A DNA stretch of 64,000 bases. Origin: Alphaproteobacteria bacterium (GTDB lineage: Bacteria; Pseudomonadota; Alphaproteobacteria; CALKHQ01). The stretch spans positions 416,001 through 480,000 of the forward strand of contig CBDDFZ010000002.1 in NCBI GenBank assembly GCA_965227515.1, written 5' to 3'. Of this stretch, positions 53,474 through 63,067 are shown piece after piece (the first letter of the stretch is position 1; the number at the start of each line of letters is the position of its first letter). A model generated the notes under the pieces. The model was not told the origin of the DNA and did no database searches. It was given only the letters and a program-made list of their open reading frames with translations. The position numbers and the translations under genes are program-made.

Positions 53474-53503
53474 AGATGGGCCGGGTGGCCCATTGAGTTC
53501 AAC
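53474..53503 (-). promoter_or_regulatory. Putative RpoH (sigma-32) promoter of clpB
   Basis: Minus strand GTTGAA-N17-CCCATCT resembles CTTGAA-N(13-17)-CCCATNT; clpB is a classical heat-shock gene. Confidence 0.55.
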
Positions 53504-53649
53504 AGAACGACCCGCTGCGCCAGAGGAGGCAACAATGCCGTTTCGCGCCAACGGATCCGTTGATCGTCATCAGGCCATATGGGTGTGGCACATCGGCAAC
53601 ACAACCCCGATTGACAGCCGAAATTGCCGCACCGATAGTCCGCGCCATC

Positions 53650-54405
53650 ATGCCACGCATTACCGACATATTCCGCTACCCGGGGAAGAGCCTGCCGGGC
53701 GAGCGGCTGGCGCGCGCCGTGCTGGCGCCGGGTGCCGTGCTGCCCGGCGACCGGCGGTTTGCGGTTGCCATGGGGGCGGGCGAAAATGGCCAGGGTTGGG
53801 CGAAAAAGACCGCGTTTCTCAACCTGATGCGCCACGAGCGGTTGGCGCTGGTGGACGTCTCGTTCGATGACACGACCGGGGTGATGAGCGTTGCGGCTGA
53901 CGGCCATGCGCCTGTTTCGGGGGATATCTCGAAGGACGAGGGCAGGGCGGCTGTCGAGGCATTCTTCACCGGCATGTTCGCCGACGAACTGGATGGGGCA
54001 CCTGCGCGGCTGTGCGACGGCACTGACAGCGAGACCGCCTTCACCGACGAGGCTGACGCCTATGTCTCCATCATTAACCGCGCCAGCGTGGCGGCGCTGG
54101 AGGCCAAGGTCGGCCAGCCGGTGGACCCAAGGCGCTTTCGCGGCAACATCCTGATCGACGGCGGCGACGCCTGGGCGGAGTTCGACTGGATCGGCCGCAC
54201 CGTGCGTGTGGGCGCGGCCACGCTGGAGATCGTGGAGCGGATCGAGCGCTGTGCCGCCACCAACGTCAATCCGGACACCGCCGCGCGCGACCTCAACCTG
54301 CCGAAGGCGCTGTCGCAGGGCTTCGGCCACGTCGACATGGGCGTGTTCGGCCGCGTGGTCGATGGCGGCGCGATCGCGGTTGGCGACGCACTGGAGCCCG
54401 TATGA
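53650..54405 (+). CDS. MOSC domain protein (YcbX/mARC-like)
   Basis: RYPGKS, GDRRFA, RRFRGNI, RC.AT, G.I.VGD. Confidence 0.88.
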   Translation: MPRITDIFRYPGKSLPGERLARAVLAPGAVLPGDRRFAVAMGAGENGQGWAKKTAFLNLMRHERLALVDVSFDDTTGVMSVAADGHAPVSGDISKDEGRAAVEAFFTGMFADELDGAPARLCDGTDSETAFTDEADAYVSIINRASVAALEAKVGQPVDPRRFRGNILIDGGDAWAEFDWIGRTVRVGAATLEIVERIERCAATNVNPDTAARDLNLPKALSQGFGHVDMGVFGRVVDGGAIAVGDALEPV

Positions 54406-55037
54406 CCGAGACGCCCATCGATGCCCCTGATGGCGCCTATCGCGAGCGCGCCATCGTGCCGGCGAGGACCGCGTTGCTGTCGGTCGATATGCAGAATCTG
54501 GAGCTGGCGCCGGCACGGCTGGCCGAGGCCGACCCGGCCTATGCCGCGCGCATCCAGCAGGTGGTGATCCCGGCGCAGCAGCGCATGCAGGCCGCCGCGC
54601 GCGCCGCCGGCATCGAGGTCATGTTCACCGTGATCGAGAGCCTGACCCAGGACGGCCGCGACCGCAGCCTGGACCACAAGATCAGCCGGCTCAACGCGCC
54701 GAAGGGCTCGTTCGACGCCCAGGTCATCGACGCGGTGGCGCCGGTGGGCGACGAGATCGTGATCCCGAAGACCTCGTCGGGCGTCTTCAACTCCACCAAC
54801 ATCGACTACGTGCTGCGCAATCTAGGCGTCGAGTACCTGGTCATCTATGGCGTGCTGACCGACCAGTGCGTGGAGTCCGCCGTGCGCGACGCCGCCGACC
54901 GTGGGTTCCTGGTCACCATGGTGGAGGACGCTTGCGCCGCCCATACCGCCGAAGAGCACGACGCCAGCATCCTGGCCATGGGCGGGCACTACGCGCGCTG
55001 CCGCACCGCCGCCCAGGTGATCGCCGAGATGGGCTGA
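54402..55037 (+). CDS. Isochorismatase-family cysteine hydrolase
   Basis: VDMQN, K..S.VF.ST, G..TDQCVES.VRDA. Confidence 0.9.
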   Translation: MTETPIDAPDGAYRERAIVPARTALLSVDMQNLELAPARLAEADPAYAARIQQVVIPAQQRMQAAARAAGIEVMFTVIESLTQDGRDRSLDHKISRLNAPKGSFDAQVIDAVAPVGDEIVIPKTSSGVFNSTNIDYVLRNLGVEYLVIYGVLTDQCVESAVRDAADRGFLVTMVEDACAAHTAEEHDASILAMGGHYARCRTAAQVIAEMG

Positions 55038-55056
55038 CGCCCCAAGCGAGCTGCGC

Positions 55057-55764
55057 TCACACCGAGATCGCGTTGTTCATCACGTTGGCGACCACGGCCG
55101 CGGACTCCGGCCTGACCTCGATCTTCTCGGATTTCAGGTAGTCGATCAGGCCGTTCACGTCGGTGTGCTCGCTGCTGCCGCCGGAGATCAGCATCACGTA
55201 GTTGGCGCTCGCCGCCGCCATGTTCGCCACCGACTTCACGTAGAGCCGCGGTGTCGTCTTGTCGTTGACGTAAACACCCAGCGACACGAACTCGCCCAGG
55301 TCACCCAGGCTGTTGAACTGTTTGATGGCCGCCTTTTGCACCGTGTACATGGACGAGCCCAGCTCACCGGTCATGGTTCCGGAAGCGGACCCGTAGTGGG
55401 CCAGCATGGTGGCCGGCTTCACCCGGCCGCTGACCAGCAGGCTGCGGCAACTGGGAATGAAGCCGGCGCTGAAGCAGCAGTCCAGCACGATGCACCAGGC
55501 CTGGATGTTCAGGCTCAAGAGCTTGGCGAGCAGCAGTTCGGCGGCATCGGCGCCCAGACCGTTGAGCCTTGTCGGCTTGCCACCGACGAAGTTGCCGTGG
55601 CTGCCGCTCATGACCAGATAGTCGATCTCGCCACGGTGGGTGTCGGGGATCGACGTCACGTCGACTTCGGCCGCATTGGCCGGGTAGGTGATGACGTGGG
55701 CGGTGGGTATCTTGGCCTGCAAATGGGGCTCTTGGTTGCACAACAGTTGAATGATCTTGGCCAT
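55057..55764 (-). CDS. Hypothetical protein, putative caspase/clan-CD-like cysteine protease
   Basis: GGAGGAG RBS; YLVMSGSHG (H56) and IVLDCCFS (C97) each after a hydrophobic strand. Confidence 0.6.
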   Translation of the reverse strand: MAKIIQLLCNQEPHLQAKIPTAHVITYPANAAEVDVTSIPDTHRGEIDYLVMSGSHGNFVGGKPTRLNGLGADAAELLLAKLLSLNIQAWCIVLDCCFSAGFIPSCRSLLVSGRVKPATMLAHYGSASGTMTGELGSSMYTVQKAAIKQFNSLGDLGEFVSLGVYVNDKTTPRLYVKSVANMAAASANYVMLISGGSSEHTDVNGLIDYLKSEKIEVRPESAAVVANVMNNAISV

Positions 55765-55865
55765 CGTTGGCTCCTCCGATCAGCCCCCCGCTACGTGACG
55801 CTATCTTACCTCACCTGCCTGATAGAATTATGACGATTAAGGCTTACCCCGTTGTGGTGTGCGCC

Positions 55866-56753
55866 CTACTCCTGCTTCGCGGCTTCCAGGGCGCGGCGGA
55901 CCTTGCGGGCGCGGGCGAACAGGTCGAACAGAGTGTCGCCGTCCGAGCGCCGGATCGCGCGCCGGAACTTGGTCATGTCCTCGTCGAAGCGGGCGATCAC
56001 CTCCAGCACCGCGTCGCGGTTGTCGACGAAGATGTCCCTCCACATCGTGGGGTCGGAGGCGGCGATGCGGGTGAAGTCGCGGAAGCCGGCGGCGGCGAAG
56101 CGGATCACGTCCGACTGCAGCTCGTCCTCCAGCTCATGGGCGGTATCGACGATGGTGTAGGCGATCAGGTGCGGCAGGTGGCTGGTGATCGCCAACACCA
56201 TGTCGTGGTGGCCGGCCTCCATCACTGCCACCTCCATGCCGCACGCTTCCCACATCGCGCGCACCCGCGCGACCGCATCCGGGTCGCATGCCGCGTCCGG
56301 CGTCAGCACGCACCAGCGGCCGTCGAACACCTCGGCGATGGCGGCGTCAGGGCCGGAGTTCTCGGTCCCGGCGATCGGATGGCCAGGCACGAAATGCACG
56401 CGGTCGGGCAGCAGCGGCGCCAAGGCCGCGATGGCGGTGGCCTTGACCGAGCCGACGTCGGTGACGATGGCGCCCGGTTCCAGCGCGTCGGCGATGGCGG
56501 TCCCGACACCGGCATAGGCGCCCATAGGCACCGAGATCACCACCAGGTCGGCGCCGCGCACCGCCTCTGCGGGGTCGGTGGTGCCGCTGTCGACCAGCCC
56601 CAGCTCCTGTGCCCGGGCCACCGTTTCCGGCTTGCGCGCGCAGCCGACGATGTGGCCGGCCATGCCCTCGCGCTTCAGGCACAGCGCCAGCGAGCCGCCG
56701 ATGCCGCCGATGCCGATGATCGCGGCACGGTCGAAGGAGACGGGCGCGGTCAC
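55866..56753 (-). CDS. tyrA: Prephenate/arogenate (cyclohexadienyl) dehydrogenase
   Basis: GIGGIGGS, DVGSVK, GHPIAGTE.SG, HD..LA.TSHLPH, GFRDFTRIA.SDP.MW. Confidence 0.93.
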   Translation of the reverse strand: MTAPVSFDRAAIIGIGGIGGSLALCLKREGMAGHIVGCARKPETVARAQELGLVDSGTTDPAEAVRGADLVVISVPMGAYAGVGTAIADALEPGAIVTDVGSVKATAIAALAPLLPDRVHFVPGHPIAGTENSGPDAAIAEVFDGRWCVLTPDAACDPDAVARVRAMWEACGMEVAVMEAGHHDMVLAITSHLPHLIAYTIVDTAHELEDELQSDVIRFAAAGFRDFTRIAASDPTMWRDIFVDNRDAVLEVIARFDEDMTKFRRAIRRSDGDTLFDLFARARKVRRALEAAKQE

Positions 56754-57907
56754 GTTTCGACGAAGGCCTTCAGCGCGTCGACCACGGCCTGGTTCTCGTC
56801 GGCCAGTCCGACGGTGATGCGCAGGCAGTCAGGCAGGCCGTAGGGCACCACCGGGCGCACGATGATGCCCTTGTCGGCCAGCGCCTGCAGGGCGGCCGTC
56901 GCGCGGTCGGCGCTGTCGAACCGGGCCAGCACGAAGTTGCCGGCGTCGCCCACCACCGGCATGCCGAGGTCGGTGATCTGGCCGGCGAGCCAGGGCCGCC
57001 ACTCGTCGTTGTGCGCCTTGGAGCGGTTGACGAAGTCTATGTCAGTCACCGCCGCCGTCGCCGCCACCTGGCCGGCCGCGTTGACGTTGAACGGCCCGCG
57101 GATGCGGTTCAGCACAGCGGCCACCGTCGGCGGGAAATAGCCCCAGCCGACCCTGAGCGCGGCAAGCCCGTGGATCTTGGAGAAGGTGCGCAGCATGACC
57201 GTGTTCTCATGCCCGCCGATGGACGCGGTGACCAGGCTCGCGCCGTCGTCGTAGTCCGCCTGGTCCATGTATTCGGCATAGGCGCTGTCGATCACCAGCA
57301 GTACGCGCTCCGGCAGTTCGGCGCGCAGCCGCGCCATCTCCGCACTGTCGATCCAGGTGCCGGTCGGGTTGTTCGGGTTGGCGACATAGACGATGCGCGT
57401 GCGCTCGGTCACCGCGCCCAGCAGGGCATCGACATCGGTCGTGCAGTCGCGCTCCGCCGCCGCCACCGGGGTGGCGCCGACCGCCATCGCCGACAGCCGG
57501 TACATCAGGAACCCGTGGGCCGGGAAGAGGATCTCGTTGCCCAGGCCGGCGTAGCCGCGCGCGATCAGGCCGATCAACTCGTCGGAGCCGGTGCCGCAAA
57601 CCACATAGGCGGGGTCGATGCCATGGGCCTCGCCGATGGCATTGCGCAGCGCCGCGGCATCGCCGTCCGGGTAGAGATGCAGCTTGTCGCTCATCCGCGC
57701 CAGTGCGGCGCGGGCCAGCGGGCCGGTGCCGAGCGGGTTCTCGTTGGAGGCAAGGCGGATGACACGGCTGTGGCCGGCCAGCGACTGGCCGCCGGGGACA
57801 TAGGGCGCGATATCCATGATGCCGGGGCGGACCAGTGGGCGTGCGATGGTCAGCCGGTCGGCCAACGCATCGCCGCCGGTGCCAGGCGTGGTGGGTGCAT
57901 CGGTCAT
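56750..57907 (-). CDS. hisC: Histidinol-phosphate aminotransferase
   Basis: LASNENP, YPD, NPNNPTG, DSAY.EY, RTFSKIHGLA.LR.G; start MTDAPTT with ATGA overlap. Confidence 0.93.
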   Translation of the reverse strand: MTDAPTTPGTGGDALADRLTIARPLVRPGIMDIAPYVPGGQSLAGHSRVIRLASNENPLGTGPLARAALARMSDKLHLYPDGDAAALRNAIGEAHGIDPAYVVCGTGSDELIGLIARGYAGLGNEILFPAHGFLMYRLSAMAVGATPVAAAERDCTTDVDALLGAVTERTRIVYVANPNNPTGTWIDSAEMARLRAELPERVLLVIDSAYAEYMDQADYDDGASLVTASIGGHENTVMLRTFSKIHGLAALRVGWGYFPPTVAAVLNRIRGPFNVNAAGQVAATAAVTDIDFVNRSKAHNDEWRPWLAGQITDLGMPVVGDAGNFVLARFDSADRATAALQALADKGIIVRPVVPYGLPDCLRITVGLADENQAVVDALKAFVET

Positions 57908-58866
57908 GCCGACAGTTCCGTCAGTTCGCGGTCCGGCGCCGTGCCGGCGGTGGCCGGCGCCAGGTTGAGCGGTGCCGGGTAGGCGCCCAGATGATGGATC
58001 GCCTCGATGCCCTCGCGGCTGCCGCCGACGATGGCCTCCAGGCGCGGGTCGGTCTCGGTGACATAGCCCTCCACCTCCACCAGCACCATTTGCGCCGGCG
58101 CGTCCTTCGCCAGGACCTGGGAGGCAAGTCCCGTCGGCGGCATGTCGTACTTGGCGAATGCCGCGGCCACGGAGGCGCGGCTGATGTCGCGGCCAAAGCG
58201 CACCGCCAGAAGCGAACGGTCGTCGCCGCTCGGCTCGGGGCGCGGGTCGACGGCAATCGCCATCGCGCCGTCGGACAGATGGGCGTCGCCGGACACCGTG
58301 AACGGCAGGCGCAGGATGACGCGCAGGCGCTGCGGCGAGGTGTCGATCAGCGTCGCCCACCACGGCGCGGCCTCGCCGTCCTGGGGTGCCGGCATCACGC
58401 CGATGGCGTGCTCGCCCTCGCGCAACATCCGGAACACGCTGGCCGGATCGTCGCAGCGGTCGATGCTGTTGGCGTGGCCGAAATGATCGCGGGCATGGTC
58501 CCAACACGCCGGCAGGTCATCGGGCACGTAGGCGGCGACCCTGAGCCTGCCCTGCAGCGAGATCGAGGCGCCGATCAGCTCGCGCCAGATCTGGACCACG
58601 GCGGCATCGGGTGCCACCCGCTCGGGGTCGGCCAGCAGGCGGCGCAGGATCTTGGCCTCGCGCGCCGGGCGCACCGCATCGACCACCCGACTCAGGCGCT
58701 TGGCCTGCGCCACCGCGCCGGCCAGCGCGGTACGTTCCTCGATCAGGCGGTGTATCTCGTCGTCCAGACCGTCGATGCGCGCGCGCACCTTGGCCAAGGC
58801 CTCGTCGTCCAATGTGCGTTCGCCGCACCAATCGCTGGGTTCATCGGGGTCTTGGACGTCTGTCAT
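57904..58866 (-). CDS. Chorismate mutase with degenerate PDT/ACT-like C-terminus
   Basis: L..VRARID.LD..I..LI.ER, RPARE, WRE..., C-terminal LGAYP; typical position upstream of hisC-tyrA. Confidence 0.85.
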   Translation of the reverse strand: MTDVQDPDEPSDWCGERTLDDEALAKVRARIDGLDDEIHRLIEERTALAGAVAQAKRLSRVVDAVRPAREAKILRRLLADPERVAPDAAVVQIWRELIGASISLQGRLRVAAYVPDDLPACWDHARDHFGHANSIDRCDDPASVFRMLREGEHAIGVMPAPQDGEAAPWWATLIDTSPQRLRVILRLPFTVSGDAHLSDGAMAIAVDPRPEPSGDDRSLLAVRFGRDISRASVAAAFAKYDMPPTGLASQVLAKDAPAQMVLVEVEGYVTETDPRLEAIVGGSREGIEAIHHLGAYPAPLNLAPATAGTAPDRELTELSA

Positions 58867-59139
58867 GATCTGGTCCGTGGTGGTCGGTGCACCCGCTCGG
58901 CGCACCTGGTCGGCGCACCCGGTCGGCAACGCACGCACGTTGTATTGTCGGGCAAGCGATGACGCAAAGTCAAAGCTGTCGCGCGGTGGTAGCAGGCGTT
59001 CCGTGCGGCACCGATCACGCGCCGTTCAAGCTTTTGCGGCTGGGCCGATTTCGCTCAGGTTTGGCTTGACCGGCCTGCTGGGACGTGAAAAGCAATTCCG
59101 TTTCAGGCTGTTCAGAGCTAGGCAGGGATACCAGCCCCA

Positions 59140-60315
59140 ATGTCGCAGACCGCCATGGCGCAGGATCGCGCGGAACCGGCGACCCGGCAATTGCCCGGGT
59201 CGCGGGCGTTGTTGGCGACCGAAGAGCCGTTCCGCCTGGAATCCGGCGCGACCCTGTCGCCGGTCACGGTCGCCTACCAGACCTATGGCGAGATGAATGC
59301 CGACAAGTCCAATGTCATCCTGGTCTGCCACGCGCTGACCGGCGACCAGTTCGCCGCCGAGCGCCATCCGATCACCGGCAAGCCCGGCTGGTGGGACATG
59401 GTGGTGGGGCCTGGGTTGCCGCTGGACACCGACCGCTTCTGCATATTGCTGTCGAACGTGTTGGGTGGCTGCATGGGCACCACTGGCCCGTCGGACATCA
59501 ATCCGGCCACCGGCAAGCGCTGGAACCTGGACTTTCCGGTGGTCACCATCGCCGACATGGTGCGCGCCCAAGTGCTGCTGATCGACCATCTGGGGATCGA
59601 CAAGCTGTTCTGCGTCATCGGCGGATCGATGGGCGCGATGCAGGTGCTGCAATGGGCGGCGAGCTATCCGGACCGGGTGCTGACGGCGGTCCCGATTGCC
59701 GGCTCCGCCCGCCACACGGCCCAGAACATCGCGTTTCACGAGGTCGGGCGGCAGGCGATCATGGCCGACCGCGACTGGTGCGCCGGCGCCTATGCCGACC
59801 TGGGCCGCAACCCGACCCGGGGGCTGGCAGTGGCGCGGATGACCGCGCACGTGACCTACCTGTCGGAGATGGCGCTGCAGCGCAAGTTCGGCCGGCGGTT
59901 GCAGGACCGCACGGCGGTCACCTTCGGCTTCGATGCCGACTTCCAGGTCGAGAGCTACCTGCGCCACCAGGGCAGCACCTTCGTCGACCGGTTCGACGCC
60001 AACTCCTACCTCTACATCACCCGCGCCATGGACTATTTCGACCTGGCGGCGGAGTACGGCGGCGACCTTCAGGCCGCGTTCAAGGACACGCCGGTCAGTT
60101 TCTGCGTGATCTCGTTTTCCGGCGACTGGCTGTTCCCGACCAGCGAGAGCCGGGACGTCGTGCGTGCCCTGAACGCCAACGGCGCCCGGGTGACGTTCGT
60201 CGACATCGACAGCGACAAGGGCCACGACGCCTTCCTGCTGGACGAGCCGGATTTCCACCGCACGCTGGCCGGGTTCCTGGACGGTGCCGCGCGCAATCTG
60301 GCGCCGCCCGCCTGA
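59140..60315 (+). CDS. metX: Homoserine O-acyltransferase MetX
   Basis: CHALTGD, GWWD..VGPG..DT, GGSMGA, RFDANSY, D.LFP, GHDAFL. Confidence 0.95.
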   Translation: MSQTAMAQDRAEPATRQLPGSRALLATEEPFRLESGATLSPVTVAYQTYGEMNADKSNVILVCHALTGDQFAAERHPITGKPGWWDMVVGPGLPLDTDRFCILLSNVLGGCMGTTGPSDINPATGKRWNLDFPVVTIADMVRAQVLLIDHLGIDKLFCVIGGSMGAMQVLQWAASYPDRVLTAVPIAGSARHTAQNIAFHEVGRQAIMADRDWCAGAYADLGRNPTRGLAVARMTAHVTYLSEMALQRKFGRRLQDRTAVTFGFDADFQVESYLRHQGSTFVDRFDANSYLYITRAMDYFDLAAEYGGDLQAAFKDTPVSFCVISFSGDWLFPTSESRDVVRALNANGARVTFVDIDSDKGHDAFLLDEPDFHRTLAGFLDGAARNLAPPA

Positions 60316-60491
60316 GCCGAGCACAGCCAGGTCATCCGATTGCGAACGATGCCGCCATTGGGTATCACTGCACGCCTGCGCGGCCCAATCGACGCACATG
60401 CGTGGCAGATTGGGCGCGATGGCGTTTCCAATACATGACACCCGTCACGTGTTACGCGAAGGCCCGTCACTTGTTACGCGAAGGATTGTCG

Positions 60492-61436
60492 ATGAACACG
60501 CAGGTCATGCCCGGTCACGTCTGGCAGCGCCGCTGGCTCAAGCTGATCGCGGCCGGCGCCATCGCCGCCGCCGCAATCGGCCCCGCCAGCGCCGACCTTG
60601 GCACGCTGATCGAGAACGTCCAGTCCGACTACAACGACATCTACATCCACGAGAACGCCGACGGCTACCGGACCATGGTGTTCGGCTACCAGACATACGG
60701 CTATACGGAATCGGTCTACAACATCAACGACCCGACCGAGCTGCCGGTCCGCTACACGCGCCGGATCATGGCCGCCCTGGCCTATCCGCTGCAGGTCAAT
60801 GACGCCATGTTCATCGGACTCGGCGGCGGCCGCACCTCCTGGTACATCCACCACTACATGCCGGAAGTGAACATCCAGGCGGTGGAACTGGACCCGGAGG
60901 TCTACAAATTCGCGCAGGAATATTTCGGCATCGTCGAGGACGAGAACTACCGCGTCGACGTCAGGGACGGCCGCATCCACGCAATGCTGAACGACGCGAC
61001 CTACGATTTGGTCGTGGTCGATGCCTATCGCGGGCCGTTCGTGCCGTTCCACCTGATGACGGTGGAGTTCTACGAGCTGCTGAAGACGCGCCTGAACGAG
61101 GGCGGCGTGGTGGCGCAGAACATTGAGCCGTCGACCATGCTGTTCCAGGCCGCCGCCGCCACCCTGCAGGAGGTGTTCGACAACGTCGACTTCTACCCGG
61201 CCGGCGGCAATGTGGTCGCCATCGCCTATGACGGGCCGGCCCATTCCGACGAGGACCTGAAGGCGCGCGGCGCTGCGATCACCGCGGAGTTCGGCCTGCG
61301 CTATCCGATCGAGGACCTGGTCGACGGCAAGGTCGCGTACGAGCTGTCGGAGGATGCGGAGTATCTGACCGACGATTTCGCGCCGGTGAACACGCTGATG
61401 ATGATCGAGGCGCACAACGAGCCACTGGCCGAATAG
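60492..61436 (+). CDS. Spermidine-synthase-like SAM-dependent transferase domain with signal peptide
   Basis: QRRWLK plus hydrophobic/ASA signal; IGLGGG, VELDPEV, DGR, YD.VVVDAY, P.HL.T.EF, LTDDFAPV. Confidence 0.8.
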   Translation: MNTQVMPGHVWQRRWLKLIAAGAIAAAAIGPASADLGTLIENVQSDYNDIYIHENADGYRTMVFGYQTYGYTESVYNINDPTELPVRYTRRIMAALAYPLQVNDAMFIGLGGGRTSWYIHHYMPEVNIQAVELDPEVYKFAQEYFGIVEDENYRVDVRDGRIHAMLNDATYDLVVVDAYRGPFVPFHLMTVEFYELLKTRLNEGGVVAQNIEPSTMLFQAAAATLQEVFDNVDFYPAGGNVVAIAYDGPAHSDEDLKARGAAITAEFGLRYPIEDLVDGKVAYELSEDAEYLTDDFAPVNTLMMIEAHNEPLAE

Positions 61437-61477
61437 CCGCGGGCGCGGGTTCGGCGACATCCGGAAAGTTCCCTGAC

Positions 61478-63001
61478 ATGCGAATACAAGTGGCTTTCAT
61501 TTACCTGACCGCATTCGTGCTGGGCAATGTGGTCATGGGTTACGAGATGATCGCCATCCGCTTCCTGACCCCCTATTTCGGCAGTGGGGTGGAGGCCTGG
61601 TCCGGGCTCATTTCGATATTTCTGCTTGCGTTGATGGTCGGTTACTATTGCGGCGGATATATAGCCGACAAAGTAAAGAACGCATGGGTTGTGCCGCTCA
61701 TATTCTTGTCGGCGGCTGTCTTCTTTTTTGTGTTCCCGCCATTTCGGCAGGGCGTCATCCTTTGGATTGCCGAGGTCTTTGGCGTCGAGCTGGTCGGTAT
61801 TCTGTTGGCCTCGATCACCGCGGCGATGATTCCGCTGTTGTCGCTTGGCATGTTTCTGCCCATCGCCGTGCGCATGTGCCTGCCCGACACGACCCGCGCC
61901 GGGCGCGTTGCCGGCACCCTCTATGCCATCTCGACACTGGGCAACGTGGTCGGCACCCTGGGCACCACGTTCGTCCTGATCCCGGTGTTCTCGCTGACCA
62001 ACATCTCGTTCATCTTCGGCGGCACGACCATCGTCGCGATCCTGCTGTTTCTCTGCTACCGCGGTGTTGCCCGGCGCGCGGCTGTGGCTGGGGCTGCGGC
62101 GTGCGTACTGGCCGTCGGCGTCACGCTGGCCGGCAACTCGCGCCCGGCCATGGCGGAGGACGGGCTGTGCATCCAGGCGGTCTATCCGGAGGGCGCGATC
62201 TGGATCGGCAACGACCTGCTCTATGCCGACATGCGTACCAACGCGCTGCACCGGGTTTCGTCGGCCGGCGACGCTGGTGTGACGCTGCCCTATCCCTGCG
62301 GCCCCACCGCGATCGCGCCCTATGGCGACGGCTACATGATCGCCTGCCACCAGGAGAGCTACCTGCTGCAGGTCGACGAGGCATTCGGCAACGCCACACC
62401 GATCGCCAATCTCTCGGGACTGAGCGAGCGTCCGAGCGGGCCGAACGACTGTTTCGCGGACGGTGACGGCGGTGTCTATTGCTCGTTGCCGGGGCTGTTC
62501 AAGGTGCCGTCAGCCGACGACGGGCTGGTGATTCATGTCGACCCGGCGGGCGACGTCACGGTCATCGCCGACGGTTACCGCTATTCCAATGGCGTCACCC
62601 TGTCGCGCGATGGCACGAAGCTCTACGTGTCGGAGCATCTGGGCGGCCGGGTCACCCAGATCGCGGTCCATGACGACGGCACCTATGGCGCGCCGGAGAC
62701 GTTCGCCGAGGTGACACCGTTCCTGCAAGAGGAAGTGGTGATGTTGCAGCACGCCGGGCCAGACGGCCTGGAAGTGGACGAGTGGGGCAACGTCTATGTC
62801 GCGGTCTACGGCACTGGAAACGTGGTGATCTACGATGCGGACGGCCATCGCAAGCGGGTGCTGCGCAATTTCGCGCCCTACGTCACTAGCGTCGCGATCC
62901 AGGACGAGTTGGGGCTGGTGGCCGTGGTCGGCGCCGGTGACGCCATCGGCGCGCCGCAGCCCTGCAACGTGAACATTTTCCAGTTCCGCGCCGACGGGTA
63001 G
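61478..63001 (+). CDS. Membrane domain of 'fused MFS/spermidine synthase' type joined to SMP-30/gluconolactonase beta-propeller
   Basis: N-term E...R.L.PYFG...W...I...L...GY..GG..AD and AG.LYAISTLG; C-term PEG, GPND, SNG..LS.DG..LYV, PDG..VD..GNVYV. Confidence 0.8.
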   Translation: MRIQVAFIYLTAFVLGNVVMGYEMIAIRFLTPYFGSGVEAWSGLISIFLLALMVGYYCGGYIADKVKNAWVVPLIFLSAAVFFFVFPPFRQGVILWIAEVFGVELVGILLASITAAMIPLLSLGMFLPIAVRMCLPDTTRAGRVAGTLYAISTLGNVVGTLGTTFVLIPVFSLTNISFIFGGTTIVAILLFLCYRGVARRAAVAGAAACVLAVGVTLAGNSRPAMAEDGLCIQAVYPEGAIWIGNDLLYADMRTNALHRVSSAGDAGVTLPYPCGPTAIAPYGDGYMIACHQESYLLQVDEAFGNATPIANLSGLSERPSGPNDCFADGDGGVYCSLPGLFKVPSADDGLVIHVDPAGDVTVIADGYRYSNGVTLSRDGTKLYVSEHLGGRVTQIAVHDDGTYGAPETFAEVTPFLQEEVVMLQHAGPDGLEVDEWGNVYVAVYGTGNVVIYDADGHRKRVLRNFAPYVTSVAIQDELGLVAVVGAGDAIGAPQPCNVNIFQFRADG

Positions 63002-63067
63002 AAACCGCACGGACGGGCTGGCGCAGACTTCGGCGAAAGCCGATCAATTGATGCGGGAGGGCAGGGC

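Noticed and set aside
57904-58866. Bifunctional PheA (chorismate mutase/prephenate dehydratase)
   Set aside because: No PDT catalytic TRF motif seen; the degenerate C-terminus is ordinary for this operon, so neither named pheA nor counted as novel.
59040-59139. SAM-II riboswitch upstream of metX
   Set aside because: GGCCGATTT...GGCTTGACCGGCC is suggestive, but the TTGC and properly placed GCTAAA elements are missing; needs an Infernal search with the SAM_alpha model.
59085-61436. 783-aa ORF suggesting a large fusion; likewise 31059..33419, 21407..23467, 45732..47951, 16002..17753, 56750..58507
   Set aside because: N-terminal parts are off-frame read-through over upstream genes; real starts are internal (60492, 32918, 22475, 46758, 16904, 57907).
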